A stretch of 55,199 nt of DNA, from positions 1 through 55,199 of the IMG/VR virus record IMGVR_UViG_3300020445_001189; one strand, given 5' to 3'. The stretch is from a virus (taxonomy: Duplodnaviria > Caudoviricetes). The position numbers and the translations under genes are program-made. How positions within the stretch are numbered: position 1 is the first letter of the stretch; each line of letters opens with the position of its first letter. Shown piece after piece: positions 17,472 through 26,528 of the stretch. Under the pieces are notes generated by a model. That model saw only the letters and a list, made by a program, of their open reading frames with translations, had not been told where the DNA came from and did not search any database.

Positions 17472-19112
17472 TTACGCCTTTAAGCTAGATGCTAATTTAT
17501 TTGCTAGATCGTCTTTGTAGTTGTCTGCTTTAGTTTCTTCTACTTTTGGTGCTTCATCTTTTTCAACAACTTCTGTAGGAACTTCTTCAGTTTTAGTTAC
17601 TTCAGCAAACTTATGTTCGTAGTCCATGTTGTGATATACTGCACCAATGTAATCTGCAGATTTAGTAATTTTAGATTGTACCCAACCTTCTAGGCCTTCT
17701 TGTTCTGAAACGTTTTTAAGCATTTCATGTAATTTAATAGAGTACTTTGCAATCTTGTACAATTGAGCTCTTGCCATTTGTACTTCGTGATCTTGCTCTA
17801 CTTTAGAAGCCTCATCGGCTAAATTTTCTGCTATAACTTCTTTTTTGTCTGACATTGTTTGTTCCTTACTATTATTTAGTCGTTTTAAAGGTTGACCGAA
17901 TAGTCCGTGACTCTTGTTATCAAGTGCATTATCAGTTGGCTTCTGTGTTTTAGGCTTCTTTTTGCTGTTTGCTATATGTGGATTTGCCACAGTAGCTATA
18001 TTGCCGGCACTTGTAGCCCCTGGTGTAGCAGTTTCCATTGCTTCTGCTGGAGCAGGTGCTTGAGCTGATTTCATTAACATTTTAAACTTATTAAACAACT
18101 GTGGATCAGCCATAATGTTTTGTAACGCCTGTGCATATGGTGAAATTGCTTTAACTATATTAGGTGGTAACATTCCACCCTGACTTAATTTTCCTAATCC
18201 TTTAGCAACCATTGAACCACTTGCTTTACCACCGCCTACACTTTTTAAACTAGCGGCTCTTTGAGCAACTTTAGGATCTACTTTAGGTTGTCCTTGTGGT
18301 TTAGCTGGTGCTGGTTGTTGTCCTGCTGGTGCACCTGGTTGAGCTCCTGGAGCCTCTTTCATTCTTACGTTTTTAATTCCTAATTTTTCTACTTCAGGTG
18401 GTACTTTAGATACAACAAATCTACCACTTGTATCTTTATCATCAAACTCATATCCTAATATTTGCATTAACTCTTTAATAGCAAAGTTATGATCAGATGA
18501 TCCAAAGCCTTCTCCATCTGGCCAGTCATCGTAGTTATCTTCTATTTCTTGTGCCGCATCTTTCATCTTATGTTTTAATGCATTCCATTCTTCAATAGTT
18601 ATCCACTTATTGAATACCATTCTTTGCACTAAACCCATACCATCAAATGGTGCGTCTTCGTTTATTGATTCTTTCTTTAATGCTTTTCTAATAGCTTGAA
18701 GTTCTTTATACTCAGGGTCGTTAATATTAACTTTGCCACCCTCATCTGAAACTCTATCTAATTTTTTTAAAAGTTCTTTCTTACGAGCTTGTAGTTTATC
18801 TTTAGTTTCTACTACTTCTTTCATTTCTTTAATAAAATGACAGTTACAATGTTCACATTCTGGTCCGCATTTACATTCACTTACTGGAACACCACAACAA
18901 GCATCTGGGCACATTGGTACACCATCCTTGTTAACTTTTTCATTAATATCGTATGCGTCTTTTTTGTGTTTTGCGTTACGTGGAATTTCTTTAGTTTTGT
19001 CACCATGAGAACCGCCAGCACCACTTTGTGCTATTTTCATCATAGTCTGAAAGTTAGGATCTCTAGGCTTGATGGTCTTCTTTTTGTTCTTTTTAATTTC
19101 TCTAATACGCAT
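17472..19112 (-). CDS. mosaic putative head-internal polyprotein with a Cys-rich segment
   Basis: 546 aa of short modules; CPDACC...CKC...CEHCNCH; follows a late promoter. Confidence 0.6.
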   Translation of the reverse strand: MRIREIKKNKKKTIKPRDPNFQTMMKIAQSGAGGSHGDKTKEIPRNAKHKKDAYDINEKVNKDGVPMCPDACCGVPVSECKCGPECEHCNCHFIKEMKEVVETKDKLQARKKELLKKLDRVSDEGGKVNINDPEYKELQAIRKALKKESINEDAPFDGMGLVQRMVFNKWITIEEWNALKHKMKDAAQEIEDNYDDWPDGEGFGSSDHNFAIKELMQILGYEFDDKDTSGRFVVSKVPPEVEKLGIKNVRMKEAPGAQPGAPAGQQPAPAKPQGQPKVDPKVAQRAASLKSVGGGKASGSMVAKGLGKLSQGGMLPPNIVKAISPYAQALQNIMADPQLFNKFKMLMKSAQAPAPAEAMETATPGATSAGNIATVANPHIANSKKKPKTQKPTDNALDNKSHGLFGQPLKRLNNSKEQTMSDKKEVIAENLADEASKVEQDHEVQMARAQLYKIAKYSIKLHEMLKNVSEQEGLEGWVQSKITKSADYIGAVYHNMDYEHKFAEVTKTEEVPTEVVEKDEAPKVEETKADNYKDDLANKLASSLKA

Positions 19113-19117
19113 ATCTA

Positions 19118-19124
19118 TATTTAT
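19118..19124 (-). promoter_or_regulatory. T4-type late promoter, leaderless spacing
   Basis: TAAATA-N5-ATG(19112); the TAA is the stop codon of the upstream gene. Confidence 0.7.
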
Positions 19125-20863
19125 CTTTTCATCAATTCCATAATTTCTTTTAAAGTACCGTCGATCATATGCACTTTAGCTTGTTTATGGTCTAATAAAC
19201 GTAGTGCATCGTATCTATGATGCCCGTTAACTATAAATCCTTCTTTATCTATTACGATAGGATTATAATCTCCGTCATTTACACGTTCCATTTGCTTTGA
19301 TAGTTTATCCCAGTTTCTAGCTTTTTGTACTGGAGTAATTCTTTCTAGTTTTATGCTACCTTTACGTGCAATAAACTTATGTATATCTTTTTCTTTAACT
19401 TGTGGAGGTGCATTTCCTTCTATAATAGTATTAAAGTTCTTATGCTCATATCCTGATTCTGTAACTGCATAATCTTCTTTAGCCATTTTAGTAGCAGTTG
19501 CATACATAACGTTCTTCCACTCATCACCATAACGTTTTTTAAAGTCCTTGGAATTCTTTTTCATTCCTTTAACATATTTTTCTTTATCTTTTTCTTCACC
19601 CTTTGTAAGATCTCTTTCGTCTACATCTTTTTCAAAGTATTGTTTTAAGTTCATTGCTGTTCTTTCAAATTTGTGATCTTTATGTTTAAATCCTACACCA
19701 CCTGAGGCTTCCCATTTAGCAACGTTCTGACCAAAGTCATCTATTAATATGTTTGGAGTTCCATCTGGTTGTGTAGCATACTTGCTTTTCGCCGCAGTAA
19801 TAATTACATCTTCGGGTGGAAAAGATGTTAAGTGTTTTTCAACCCATTCTTTTTTACTAGGCTCTACTCTAGGATCATCAGCCATTGGTGCTGATAGTAT
19901 TTTATACTTTCCTTTAATCTCTTTAATAATACCTAAAAGGTTATTTGCATTTGGAGTAGGTTTTAAGTCTATCCAAAAGTCTTTTGTATCTCTAATTTTT
20001 TGTAAGGCCGCATCTATGTCTTTAATATCTCTCCAACTATCTACACCCATCATTTTAGTCCATGGTGTAAAGAAGTCTACAAGTACTCCGTCCATATCTA
20101 CATATATTTCACTTGCACTAGATATCTCTTTGGCTTCGTTGGCTTTGTTATTGCCCTTGTTTTTAAAATCAAATCTATTATTAGGACCTTTACCTGCTTT
20201 GTGTATTAATCCCATTGGCTTAATAGTTTGTGGCATAATTTTCCATTCGTTCCATATTTCTTTTCTTTCACTAACAATTTCATCTGGTACATCAAATTGC
20301 CATACTTTACCTTTACCAGTTGCTTTCATTACCGCAGTAAGTCTTGTGTTACCACCTACTAGTTCTAAATGCCCATCGCTGTAACTTGCAACTATAGGTA
20401 ATTCAATGGAACCTTTTTCTAATTGTTTTAAAGCTCTTTCTTGTTTACTTTTATCTAGGTTATCAAAGTCTTTTACATTAACAGCATCAGTATTACTCAT
20501 CTTTTGAACTGTTTTAGTATTGTATTCAACTACCTTGCCTTTATTAACAAGATCAATCCATTTATCTTTACCTATTTTTTTAAATTCTTCATAACGTGTT
20601 GCTTCGTCCCACTCGGTATCAAGATTAGGTTTTGTATATGTTATATCCTTTCTAGACTCTGCCATTCCTAAATTAAACAATGTATTAGGACTAGAATTTT
20701 TATGAGCCTTCTTGTGCATATTATAAGCTGGAATTCCTTTTTTGTCAACCTTTAAACCCAATTTAGCGGCTTCAATAGGAATTTGATTAGGACCTACATC
20801 TTTTGTAGTGTTAACCCCTGGAACAATTAATCCGCCATTTTCATATAGTTGACGTACTTTCAT
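19121..20863 (-). CDS. multidomain protein: ParB/Srx-like, HAD 5'(3')-deoxyribonucleotidase, ParB/Srx-like
   Basis: PIVA...LVGGNTRL; YVDMDGVLVDF...LIDD...W...GG; PIVID...IVNGHHRY. Confidence 0.75.
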   Translation of the reverse strand: MKVRQLYENGGLIVPGVNTTKDVGPNQIPIEAAKLGLKVDKKGIPAYNMHKKAHKNSSPNTLFNLGMAESRKDITYTKPNLDTEWDEATRYEEFKKIGKDKWIDLVNKGKVVEYNTKTVQKMSNTDAVNVKDFDNLDKSKQERALKQLEKGSIELPIVASYSDGHLELVGGNTRLTAVMKATGKGKVWQFDVPDEIVSERKEIWNEWKIMPQTIKPMGLIHKAGKGPNNRFDFKNKGNNKANEAKEISSASEIYVDMDGVLVDFFTPWTKMMGVDSWRDIKDIDAALQKIRDTKDFWIDLKPTPNANNLLGIIKEIKGKYKILSAPMADDPRVEPSKKEWVEKHLTSFPPEDVIITAAKSKYATQPDGTPNILIDDFGQNVAKWEASGGVGFKHKDHKFERTAMNLKQYFEKDVDERDLTKGEEKDKEKYVKGMKKNSKDFKKRYGDEWKNVMYATATKMAKEDYAVTESGYEHKNFNTIIEGNAPPQVKEKDIHKFIARKGSIKLERITPVQKARNWDKLSKQMERVNDGDYNPIVIDKEGFIVNGHHRYDALRLLDHKQAKVHMIDGTLKEIMELMKR

Positions 20864-21084
20864 TACTTTTTCTTTCGACCTCTAAAGTTTGGAACACCTG
20901 TTAAAAAAGGTTTACCAAACCAAAGTTTAAACCAATCTTTGTCTCCGGGTTTAACACCCATCTTTTTTTCTTTGGCCTTAAGTGCTGTTGCAGTAATACT
21001 TGGATTCTCATCTACTTTGTACGGAGTAAAACCTTGGAACTCACCTATGCCTGCTAATCTCTGTAAAGTTTTTATATCGTCCAT
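20863..21084 (-). CDS. hypothetical protein
   Basis: 73 aa, LQRLAGI, KPGDKDWFKLWF. Confidence 0.7.
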   Translation of the reverse strand: MDDIKTLQRLAGIGEFQGFTPYKVDENPSITATALKAKEKKMGVKPGDKDWFKLWFGKPFLTGVPNFRGRKKK

Positions 21085-21085
21085 A

Positions 21086-21937
21086 TTAGTCTGCTTCGTA
21101 TTCGTATTTGAAACCTAAATTCTTAAAAAGATTTACAGTTGTCTTTGCACTTCTTAATGCTTTTTGCATTAACTCTTGTTCGTCCTCTGATCTAGTATCA
21201 TAGAAACGTAAAAATTTATTTGCTTCAGCTGGTGCAATATATACTTTACCGCCTACTGATATTTCATTTGAATCTGCATTCCAACTTAATGGAAAAGGTT
21301 TGCCATCAGTTCTACTTGCTATATTATTAAGTACATCTAGTTTAGGCTTTTGTTGTTTAACTTGTAATTCATCTAAATTTTCTAATTGCATTCCTTTACG
21401 TACTTTACCAAACATCATTTGAGCTAGTTTTTCATCTCCAGCAACACCTGATTTAAAAGTATCAAAGTTATTATCAACTGCCGCGGCTTTCATCTTACTA
21501 GCACTCATGCCTTCAGCACCATCGGCATCAGGATCACGTTGTCCTGCACTTACAATATTAATGCTATTGAAGTTATAATCTTTTCCGTTGTATGTATTAA
21601 GTAATTGTTCGAACTGTGCAACTCTATCTGATCCTGCTACATATATAATATCTGAATAACCTTTAGTTTCTAAGAACTGCATAGCATCTATAATAGTTCT
21701 TACTTTGTTATCACCTATTGTAATACCAGTAAAACTTTTTTGTGCAAAGAAAACTTTCTCTGCAAATGATAAAGGATCTGTTTTAGGTTTTTGTGTGTGA
21801 GTTAAGAATAGAAAAGGATCGCCTTCTTGGTTTTTAATTACATCAACCAGTTTCGCGTGTCCTATTGTTGGAGGATTCATCCTACCAAAAGCAAAGACGG
21901 CAGTTTTAGGGGCTTCGAATAATTCCCTAAGAAACAT
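21086..21937 (-). CDS. HIGH-superfamily nucleotidyltransferase (cytidyltransferase-like)
   Basis: FGRMNPPTIGH, GSDR, MSASKMK. Confidence 0.85.
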   Translation of the reverse strand: MFLRELFEAPKTAVFAFGRMNPPTIGHAKLVDVIKNQEGDPFLFLTHTQKPKTDPLSFAEKVFFAQKSFTGITIGDNKVRTIIDAMQFLETKGYSDIIYVAGSDRVAQFEQLLNTYNGKDYNFNSINIVSAGQRDPDADGAEGMSASKMKAAAVDNNFDTFKSGVAGDEKLAQMMFGKVRKGMQLENLDELQVKQQKPKLDVLNNIASRTDGKPFPLSWNADSNEISVGGKVYIAPAEANKFLRFYDTRSEDEQELMQKALRSAKTTVNLFKNLGFKYEYEAD

Positions 21938-22275
21938 TAGTAGTCTCCGTCTCTGATCTGCTCCATCTCTTCTCCATAAATCTTTTCACAAATTTCAACT
22001 ATTTCTTCTTTAGTTAAAAGATCTTCTGGACTTCTTGGAATATCGTATTTAGAACAATAGTGTTTCGTAGCTTTTTCTATCATTGGACCCATACATTCCA
22101 TAGTATCAATAGGTTCTCCCTTTTTCAACTTGTCCTGCATATGAGCCATAGTTGGATAGTATTGCTTACGGTAGAAGATAGGGTCGTTTCTCATGTGTTG
22201 ACATAGATCGTCAACTACATTGAATCCTAAGCCTGGATCTTCATATGTATGTTCATCAAATTCAACTAATTTCAT
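21937..22275 (-). CDS. hypothetical protein
   Basis: 112 aa, AGGAG RBS, late promoter upstream. Confidence 0.75.
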   Translation of the reverse strand: MKLVEFDEHTYEDPGLGFNVVDDLCQHMRNDPIFYRKQYYPTMAHMQDKLKKGEPIDTMECMGPMIEKATKHYCSKYDIPRSPEDLLTKEEIVEICEKIYGEEMEQIRDGDY

Positions 22276-22296
22276 AGAGTACTCCTATACTAGAAG

Positions 22297-22303
22297 TATT
22301 TAT
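22297..22303 (-). promoter_or_regulatory. T4-type late promoter
   Basis: Intergenic ATAAATA. Confidence 0.65.
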
Positions 22304-22315
22304 GCCTATTTAAAG

Positions 22316-22588
22316 CTAGACGGAAATTTCGATATCGAAGTTATTATGGCCTAAATCAAACAATTTGTTAGCTAAACGTTCAGCAATAACTGTTGATTCG
22401 TCATCATTTAGGGGTTTGTGTAGTTCTACTGCTAATACAGTACCACCTTCTATGGTGTCGTATGTTTCGTAGTTAGTTTCATCTTCAGTTAAGGCCTCAT
22501 CTGCACACTCTAATACAGTATCAACTAGGTATTCATCTACTTCGCTAACTTCTTTGTTTTCCCACACTATATTGATAAAGTTCTTCAT
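22316..22588 (-). CDS. acidic hypothetical protein
   Basis: 90 aa, AGGA RBS. Confidence 0.7.
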   Translation of the reverse strand: MKNFINIVWENKEVSEVDEYLVDTVLECADEALTEDETNYETYDTIEGGTVLAVELHKPLNDDESTVIAERLANKLFDLGHNNFDIEISV

Positions 22589-22597
22589 GGCTTGTCC

Positions 22598-22936
22598 TTA
22601 ATGATTTAATTGTATACTTTGTACAGTACCGCTTGTATACGTTACTACTGCTCTTACCCATACAAAGTTACCTGTAAAGTTGTAAAAATAAGAACCTTCT
22701 GATCCGCTTGATTCAGTTCCTGCTATGTCAAAGTAATCAGCTTCTACAGGACTAGTTGCAAGTGTTCCTTGCATTTTTATAGTACCGTTAAAATCAGCTA
22801 CATTGTATTGTACTGTATGTAACCCATCTGCTCTACCATAGTAACCGTCACCTTTGAATTTCTCACCTGTAACAGTCGCTGAAGTTGAGTCTCCTGCGTG
22901 TACTTGATTTGACATTATTGTTTCTGAACTGGACAT
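22598..22936 (-). CDS. putative virion structural protein (beta-rich)
   Basis: GDGYYG...GLHTVQY, FTGNFVWVRA; late promoter. Confidence 0.6.
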   Translation of the reverse strand: MSSSETIMSNQVHAGDSTSATVTGEKFKGDGYYGRADGLHTVQYNVADFNGTIKMQGTLATSPVEADYFDIAGTESSGSEGSYFYNFTGNFVWVRAVVTYTSGTVQSIQLNH

Positions 22937-22940
22937 ATAA

Positions 22941-23099
22941 CTATTTATCCGAATAGTCCATACCTGGATATTGGTACTCTTTTGGTACTTTTCCCCATCC
23001 TACTACTCTGTCCCAGTCCCTTTGTGTATAATAATAGGGCTTTGGTTCAAAAGGTATGTCTTTTTTCTTCTTTTTTCCAAATTTCTTCTTTTGTTTCAT
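22941..23099 (-). CDS. small basic protein (52 aa)
   Basis: Hand translation MKQKKKFGKKKKKDIPFEPKPYYYTQRDWDRVVGWGKVPKEYQYPGMDYSDK; preceded by TAAGTA-N5. Confidence 0.6.
   Translation of the reverse strand: MKQKKKFGKKKKKDIPFEPKPYYYTQRDWDRVVGWGKVPKEYQYPGMDYSDK
22942..22948 (-). promoter_or_regulatory. T4-type late promoter, leaderless spacing
   Basis: TAAATA-N5-ATG(22936). Confidence 0.7.
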
Positions 23100-23100
23100 A

Positions 23101-23769
23101 TTAGTACTTATCTGTCTGTGGCTCGTAAACTAGCTTATCGATTCGCATAATATTGTTATGTAAAAATAGCCTAACTATTGTCAGGATTTTGTCATCTTTA
23201 ACATACAAATATTTGCCTTTTAAGTTTCGACCTTGTTGCAGATCACGTATAAGCCTATCACCAGCTTTAACTTTGTGGCTATTCTTTAAACAGTATTCTG
23301 CAAAGTTTCTATCAGCAGTTCCATTTAAGTTTATTTTGTAATTGTACTCGGAAGGTTTATCTAAATATATTGTATTCTTTGCTAAATCAGTATCAACATT
23401 AGGTTCCCAATACCAAGGAACATCATTTAACTTTCTTGCTATCTTTTTAAGCCAACTAGTATCATTAGAATATATACCAAGTCTAGATCCTTCACATCTT
23501 AACATATAGTCTACGTCATCTTGGAAAGCATTTACTAATATCTTTAAATCTTCAAAGTCTTTGTTTTGTATTTCTTGATCTTTTTGCGACCATCTATGTA
23601 ATTTAAAAGATAATGGTTCGCCTCTGGAGTGTTTATTTTGTAATTGATCTATAATAGTTCTAGCATTAGCAAGACGTTTGTTTCTAAAGATGTGTGTGCC
23701 AGAATTATACACGCCTAGCTTGTAGGCATACTTGTCCCAAAACAGTTTATTAGTTTGTTTTTTGATCAA
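23101..23769 (-). CDS. hypothetical protein
   Basis: 222 aa, GGAG upstream of a TTG start. Confidence 0.7.
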   Translation of the reverse strand: MIKKQTNKLFWDKYAYKLGVYNSGTHIFRNKRLANARTIIDQLQNKHSRGEPLSFKLHRWSQKDQEIQNKDFEDLKILVNAFQDDVDYMLRCEGSRLGIYSNDTSWLKKIARKLNDVPWYWEPNVDTDLAKNTIYLDKPSEYNYKINLNGTADRNFAEYCLKNSHKVKAGDRLIRDLQQGRNLKGKYLYVKDDKILTIVRLFLHNNIMRIDKLVYEPQTDKY

Positions 23770-26011
23770 CCTTCTCTTGCTCCTTAACCTTGGTAGTATT
23801 TAATACAAATTCTTTTTCATTTATATCGATATTTAAAGTACCGCCGTCTTTTAAGTCACCAAACAAGAGTTTTTTAGATAATGGTGTTTTAATTTCCTTG
23901 TCGATTACACGTTGTAAAGGTCTTGCACCCATTTTAGCATCAAAGCCTTTATCAACTAACAAGTCTATTGCACTATCAGAAACAGTAGTTACAACACTTT
24001 TCTCCGTAAGCATATTTTTTAGTTCTAATAAGAACTTGCCTACTATCTTGATCATAGTGTTCTTCTCAAGTTTGTTAAATGTCATTGTTCCGTCTAATCT
24101 ATTTCTAAATTCTGGTGCAAAGAATTTTTTAAGTTCTTTATCTTCGTATTCTTTTTCAATATTACCAAAGCCAATAGCATTACTTTCAGCTTCTTGTGAA
24201 CCTAAGTTAGTAGTTAAAATTAAAACAATGTTTCTACAGTCAGCAGTTTTACCATTTGATCCTGTAACAAAACCATTGTCCATAATTTGTAACAATAATG
24301 AACTTACGTCAGGGTGTGATTTTTCTATTTCATCTAACAATAGTACACAGTTAGGATGTTCTTGTAATTTAGTAATTAATAGTCCTGCATTTTCTTCAAA
24401 GCCAACGTAACCCGGAGGTGAACCTATTAGCTTGGCAACACTATGTTTCTCTTGATACTCTGACATATCAAATCTAACTAGCTTAACACCTAACTGACTA
24501 GCAAGTTGTTTTGCTGTTTCAGTTTTACCTACACCAGTTGGACCCATAAACACAAATGAACCAATTGGTTTATTCTCTTGTTTAAGTCCTGCCTGTGCAA
24601 CAAGTATTTTATCAACAATTTGGTCTATTGCTTTATCTTGTCCGTATATCTCGCCTTTTAAATTCTTTTCTAAATGTGCTAGATTTTCAGTTTCACGTTC
24701 TGCTACTTGTTCTTCTGGCAAGTTAATTGCTTTAGAAAGTTCAAACTGAATTTCAGTATCATTAATAACCTTTTCTACATTAGGATCTTTTAAATTAAAT
24801 CTAGAACAAGCACAATCAATTAAATCAATTGCTTTATCTGGAAGTTTTTTATCTGCTTGATACTTAACACTTAATTTAATTGCACTTTCAATAGCTTCTT
24901 CTGTAATAGTTGTACTATGAAACTCTTCGTAATAACGTTTAATACCCATTAAGATATCTTTAGTTACTTCTCTAGATGGTTCATCAACAGTTACTCTAGC
25001 AAACCTACGCATCAATGCACGGTCTTTTTCAAAGTACTTTCTATATTCTTCCCAAGTTGTACTTGCTACAACTTTAATATTACCTTTAGTTAGTATAGGC
25101 TTTAACATATTAGCTAAATCATTTGAATTAGCACCTCCGCCTGCACCAGCACCATTCATCATATGTGCTTCGTCTATAAACACGATTGTTTTACCACGTT
25201 TTTTAAGTGCGGCCATAACTAATTTAAAACGTTCTTCAAAGTCTCCTCTGTATTTAGAACCTGCTAACATGGCTCCTATGTCTAAATTATAAACACTATA
25301 CTCTTTTAAAAACTCTGGTACTGTTTTATTAACGATGTTCCAGGCAAGGCCTTCTGCAATAGCAGTTTTACCTACACCCGGATCACCGACTAGCAATACG
25401 TTGTTCTTACTTCTTCTACCCAATGCTAAAGCAATGGAATCTAATTCATCTATACGTCCTATAACAGGATCTATTTTACCTTGATCAACTTCTACGTTAA
25501 GATTAGTTGTAAATGACCTTAAAGCTCTAGTAGCCATACCAGCCATTTCTTCATCTTCGTAAGTGTCAGCTAATTCGTTGTTCAAGTAATCAGCAAACTT
25601 TTCTTTATCAATATTACATTTAGCAATATGGTAGTATGACCAGCTTTTCTTTTCATTCATAATGCTTAAGAATACATCTGAACAATCTATATGACTTCTA
25701 CCACTAAACAATACTTGCGTAAATGCTCTGTTTAAAACTCTTTCTACTGCGTGTGTTTTTTTAGGCTTATATTTCTTAGCCGCCGCAGGTTCCATCTGAA
25801 TCTTTTCAGTCTGCGTTTTTAAATAATTTTCAATGTTCTTTTTAAGGTACTCTGGATCAGCACCGTAACCTTCTATAATCTTTGCAAAGCTATCTTCACA
25901 TAACATCGCAAAAAGTAAATGTTCTATAGTAACGTACTCGTGTTGTAACTTCTTCGATACGTCTACGGCTTTATCAAAAACCAACTGTAACTGTTCACTT
26001 GGTTCAACCAT
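23750..26011 (-). CDS. clpA: ATP-dependent Clp protease ATP-binding subunit ClpA
   Basis: Clp-N (HEYVTIEHLL), two AAA+ modules GDPGVGKT and GPTGVGKT, IGF loop, no M-domain, 753 aa. Confidence 0.93.
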   Translation of the reverse strand: MVEPSEQLQLVFDKAVDVSKKLQHEYVTIEHLLFAMLCEDSFAKIIEGYGADPEYLKKNIENYLKTQTEKIQMEPAAAKKYKPKKTHAVERVLNRAFTQVLFSGRSHIDCSDVFLSIMNEKKSWSYYHIAKCNIDKEKFADYLNNELADTYEDEEMAGMATRALRSFTTNLNVEVDQGKIDPVIGRIDELDSIALALGRRSKNNVLLVGDPGVGKTAIAEGLAWNIVNKTVPEFLKEYSVYNLDIGAMLAGSKYRGDFEERFKLVMAALKKRGKTIVFIDEAHMMNGAGAGGGANSNDLANMLKPILTKGNIKVVASTTWEEYRKYFEKDRALMRRFARVTVDEPSREVTKDILMGIKRYYEEFHSTTITEEAIESAIKLSVKYQADKKLPDKAIDLIDCACSRFNLKDPNVEKVINDTEIQFELSKAINLPEEQVAERETENLAHLEKNLKGEIYGQDKAIDQIVDKILVAQAGLKQENKPIGSFVFMGPTGVGKTETAKQLASQLGVKLVRFDMSEYQEKHSVAKLIGSPPGYVGFEENAGLLITKLQEHPNCVLLLDEIEKSHPDVSSLLLQIMDNGFVTGSNGKTADCRNIVLILTTNLGSQEAESNAIGFGNIEKEYEDKELKKFFAPEFRNRLDGTMTFNKLEKNTMIKIVGKFLLELKNMLTEKSVVTTVSDSAIDLLVDKGFDAKMGARPLQRVIDKEIKTPLSKKLLFGDLKDGGTLNIDINEKEFVLNTTKVKEQEKVDQKTN

Positions 26012-26528
26012 TCATATATCCTTTAAAACGTTTCAATAATTTCATTTGTTTCCTTTTCGCCATATCTAATTTCAATTTACTAACTCTATCAATATAGTTG
26101 ATTCCGTAAAGATGATCATATTCATGACCAAAGATTCTTGCATTCCAACCTGTTAACTCTATTGTACACTCTTTTCCGCTAGAGTCAAGACACTCTGTTA
26201 CCAATCCTACTGGTCTTTTAACCTTAAAGTATAAAAGTGGAAAACTTAAACAGCCTTCTTCGCCTAATACCATCTCTTCTGATACTGCTGTAATTTTAGG
26301 ATTGATAATTGCAAAAGGTTTATCATCTTCGTAGTCCTTTAAACCGTTTGGCTTAATAATAAAAATTTGTGCATTAAGCTCAACTTGGTTTGCCGCCAAA
26401 CCTACACCCGATTGCTTCTCCATAATAGCAATCATTTCTTTTTCTACTTCTTTAGCATCATGCTTTTCAAAGTCGAAAGGATCTACTTTCTTTTCTAACC
26501 AATCATTTGGGTGATATATCAATTTCAT
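26004..26528 (-). CDS. def: peptide deformylase
   Basis: GVGLAANQ, EGCLS, HEYDHLYG. Confidence 0.96.
   Translation of the reverse strand: MKLIYHPNDWLEKKVDPFDFEKHDAKEVEKEMIAIMEKQSGVGLAANQVELNAQIFIIKPNGLKDYEDDKPFAIINPKITAVSEEMVLGEEGCLSFPLLYFKVKRPVGLVTECLDSSGKECTIELTGWNARIFGHEYDHLYGINYIDRVSKLKLDMAKRKQMKLLKRFKGYMNG

Noticed and set aside
18290-18356. Short imperfect repeats (APGAQPGAPAGQQPAPAKPQ; also AEKPAEKP near 17240-17290)
   Set aside because: These are low-complexity protein linkers, not DNA-level repeat elements.
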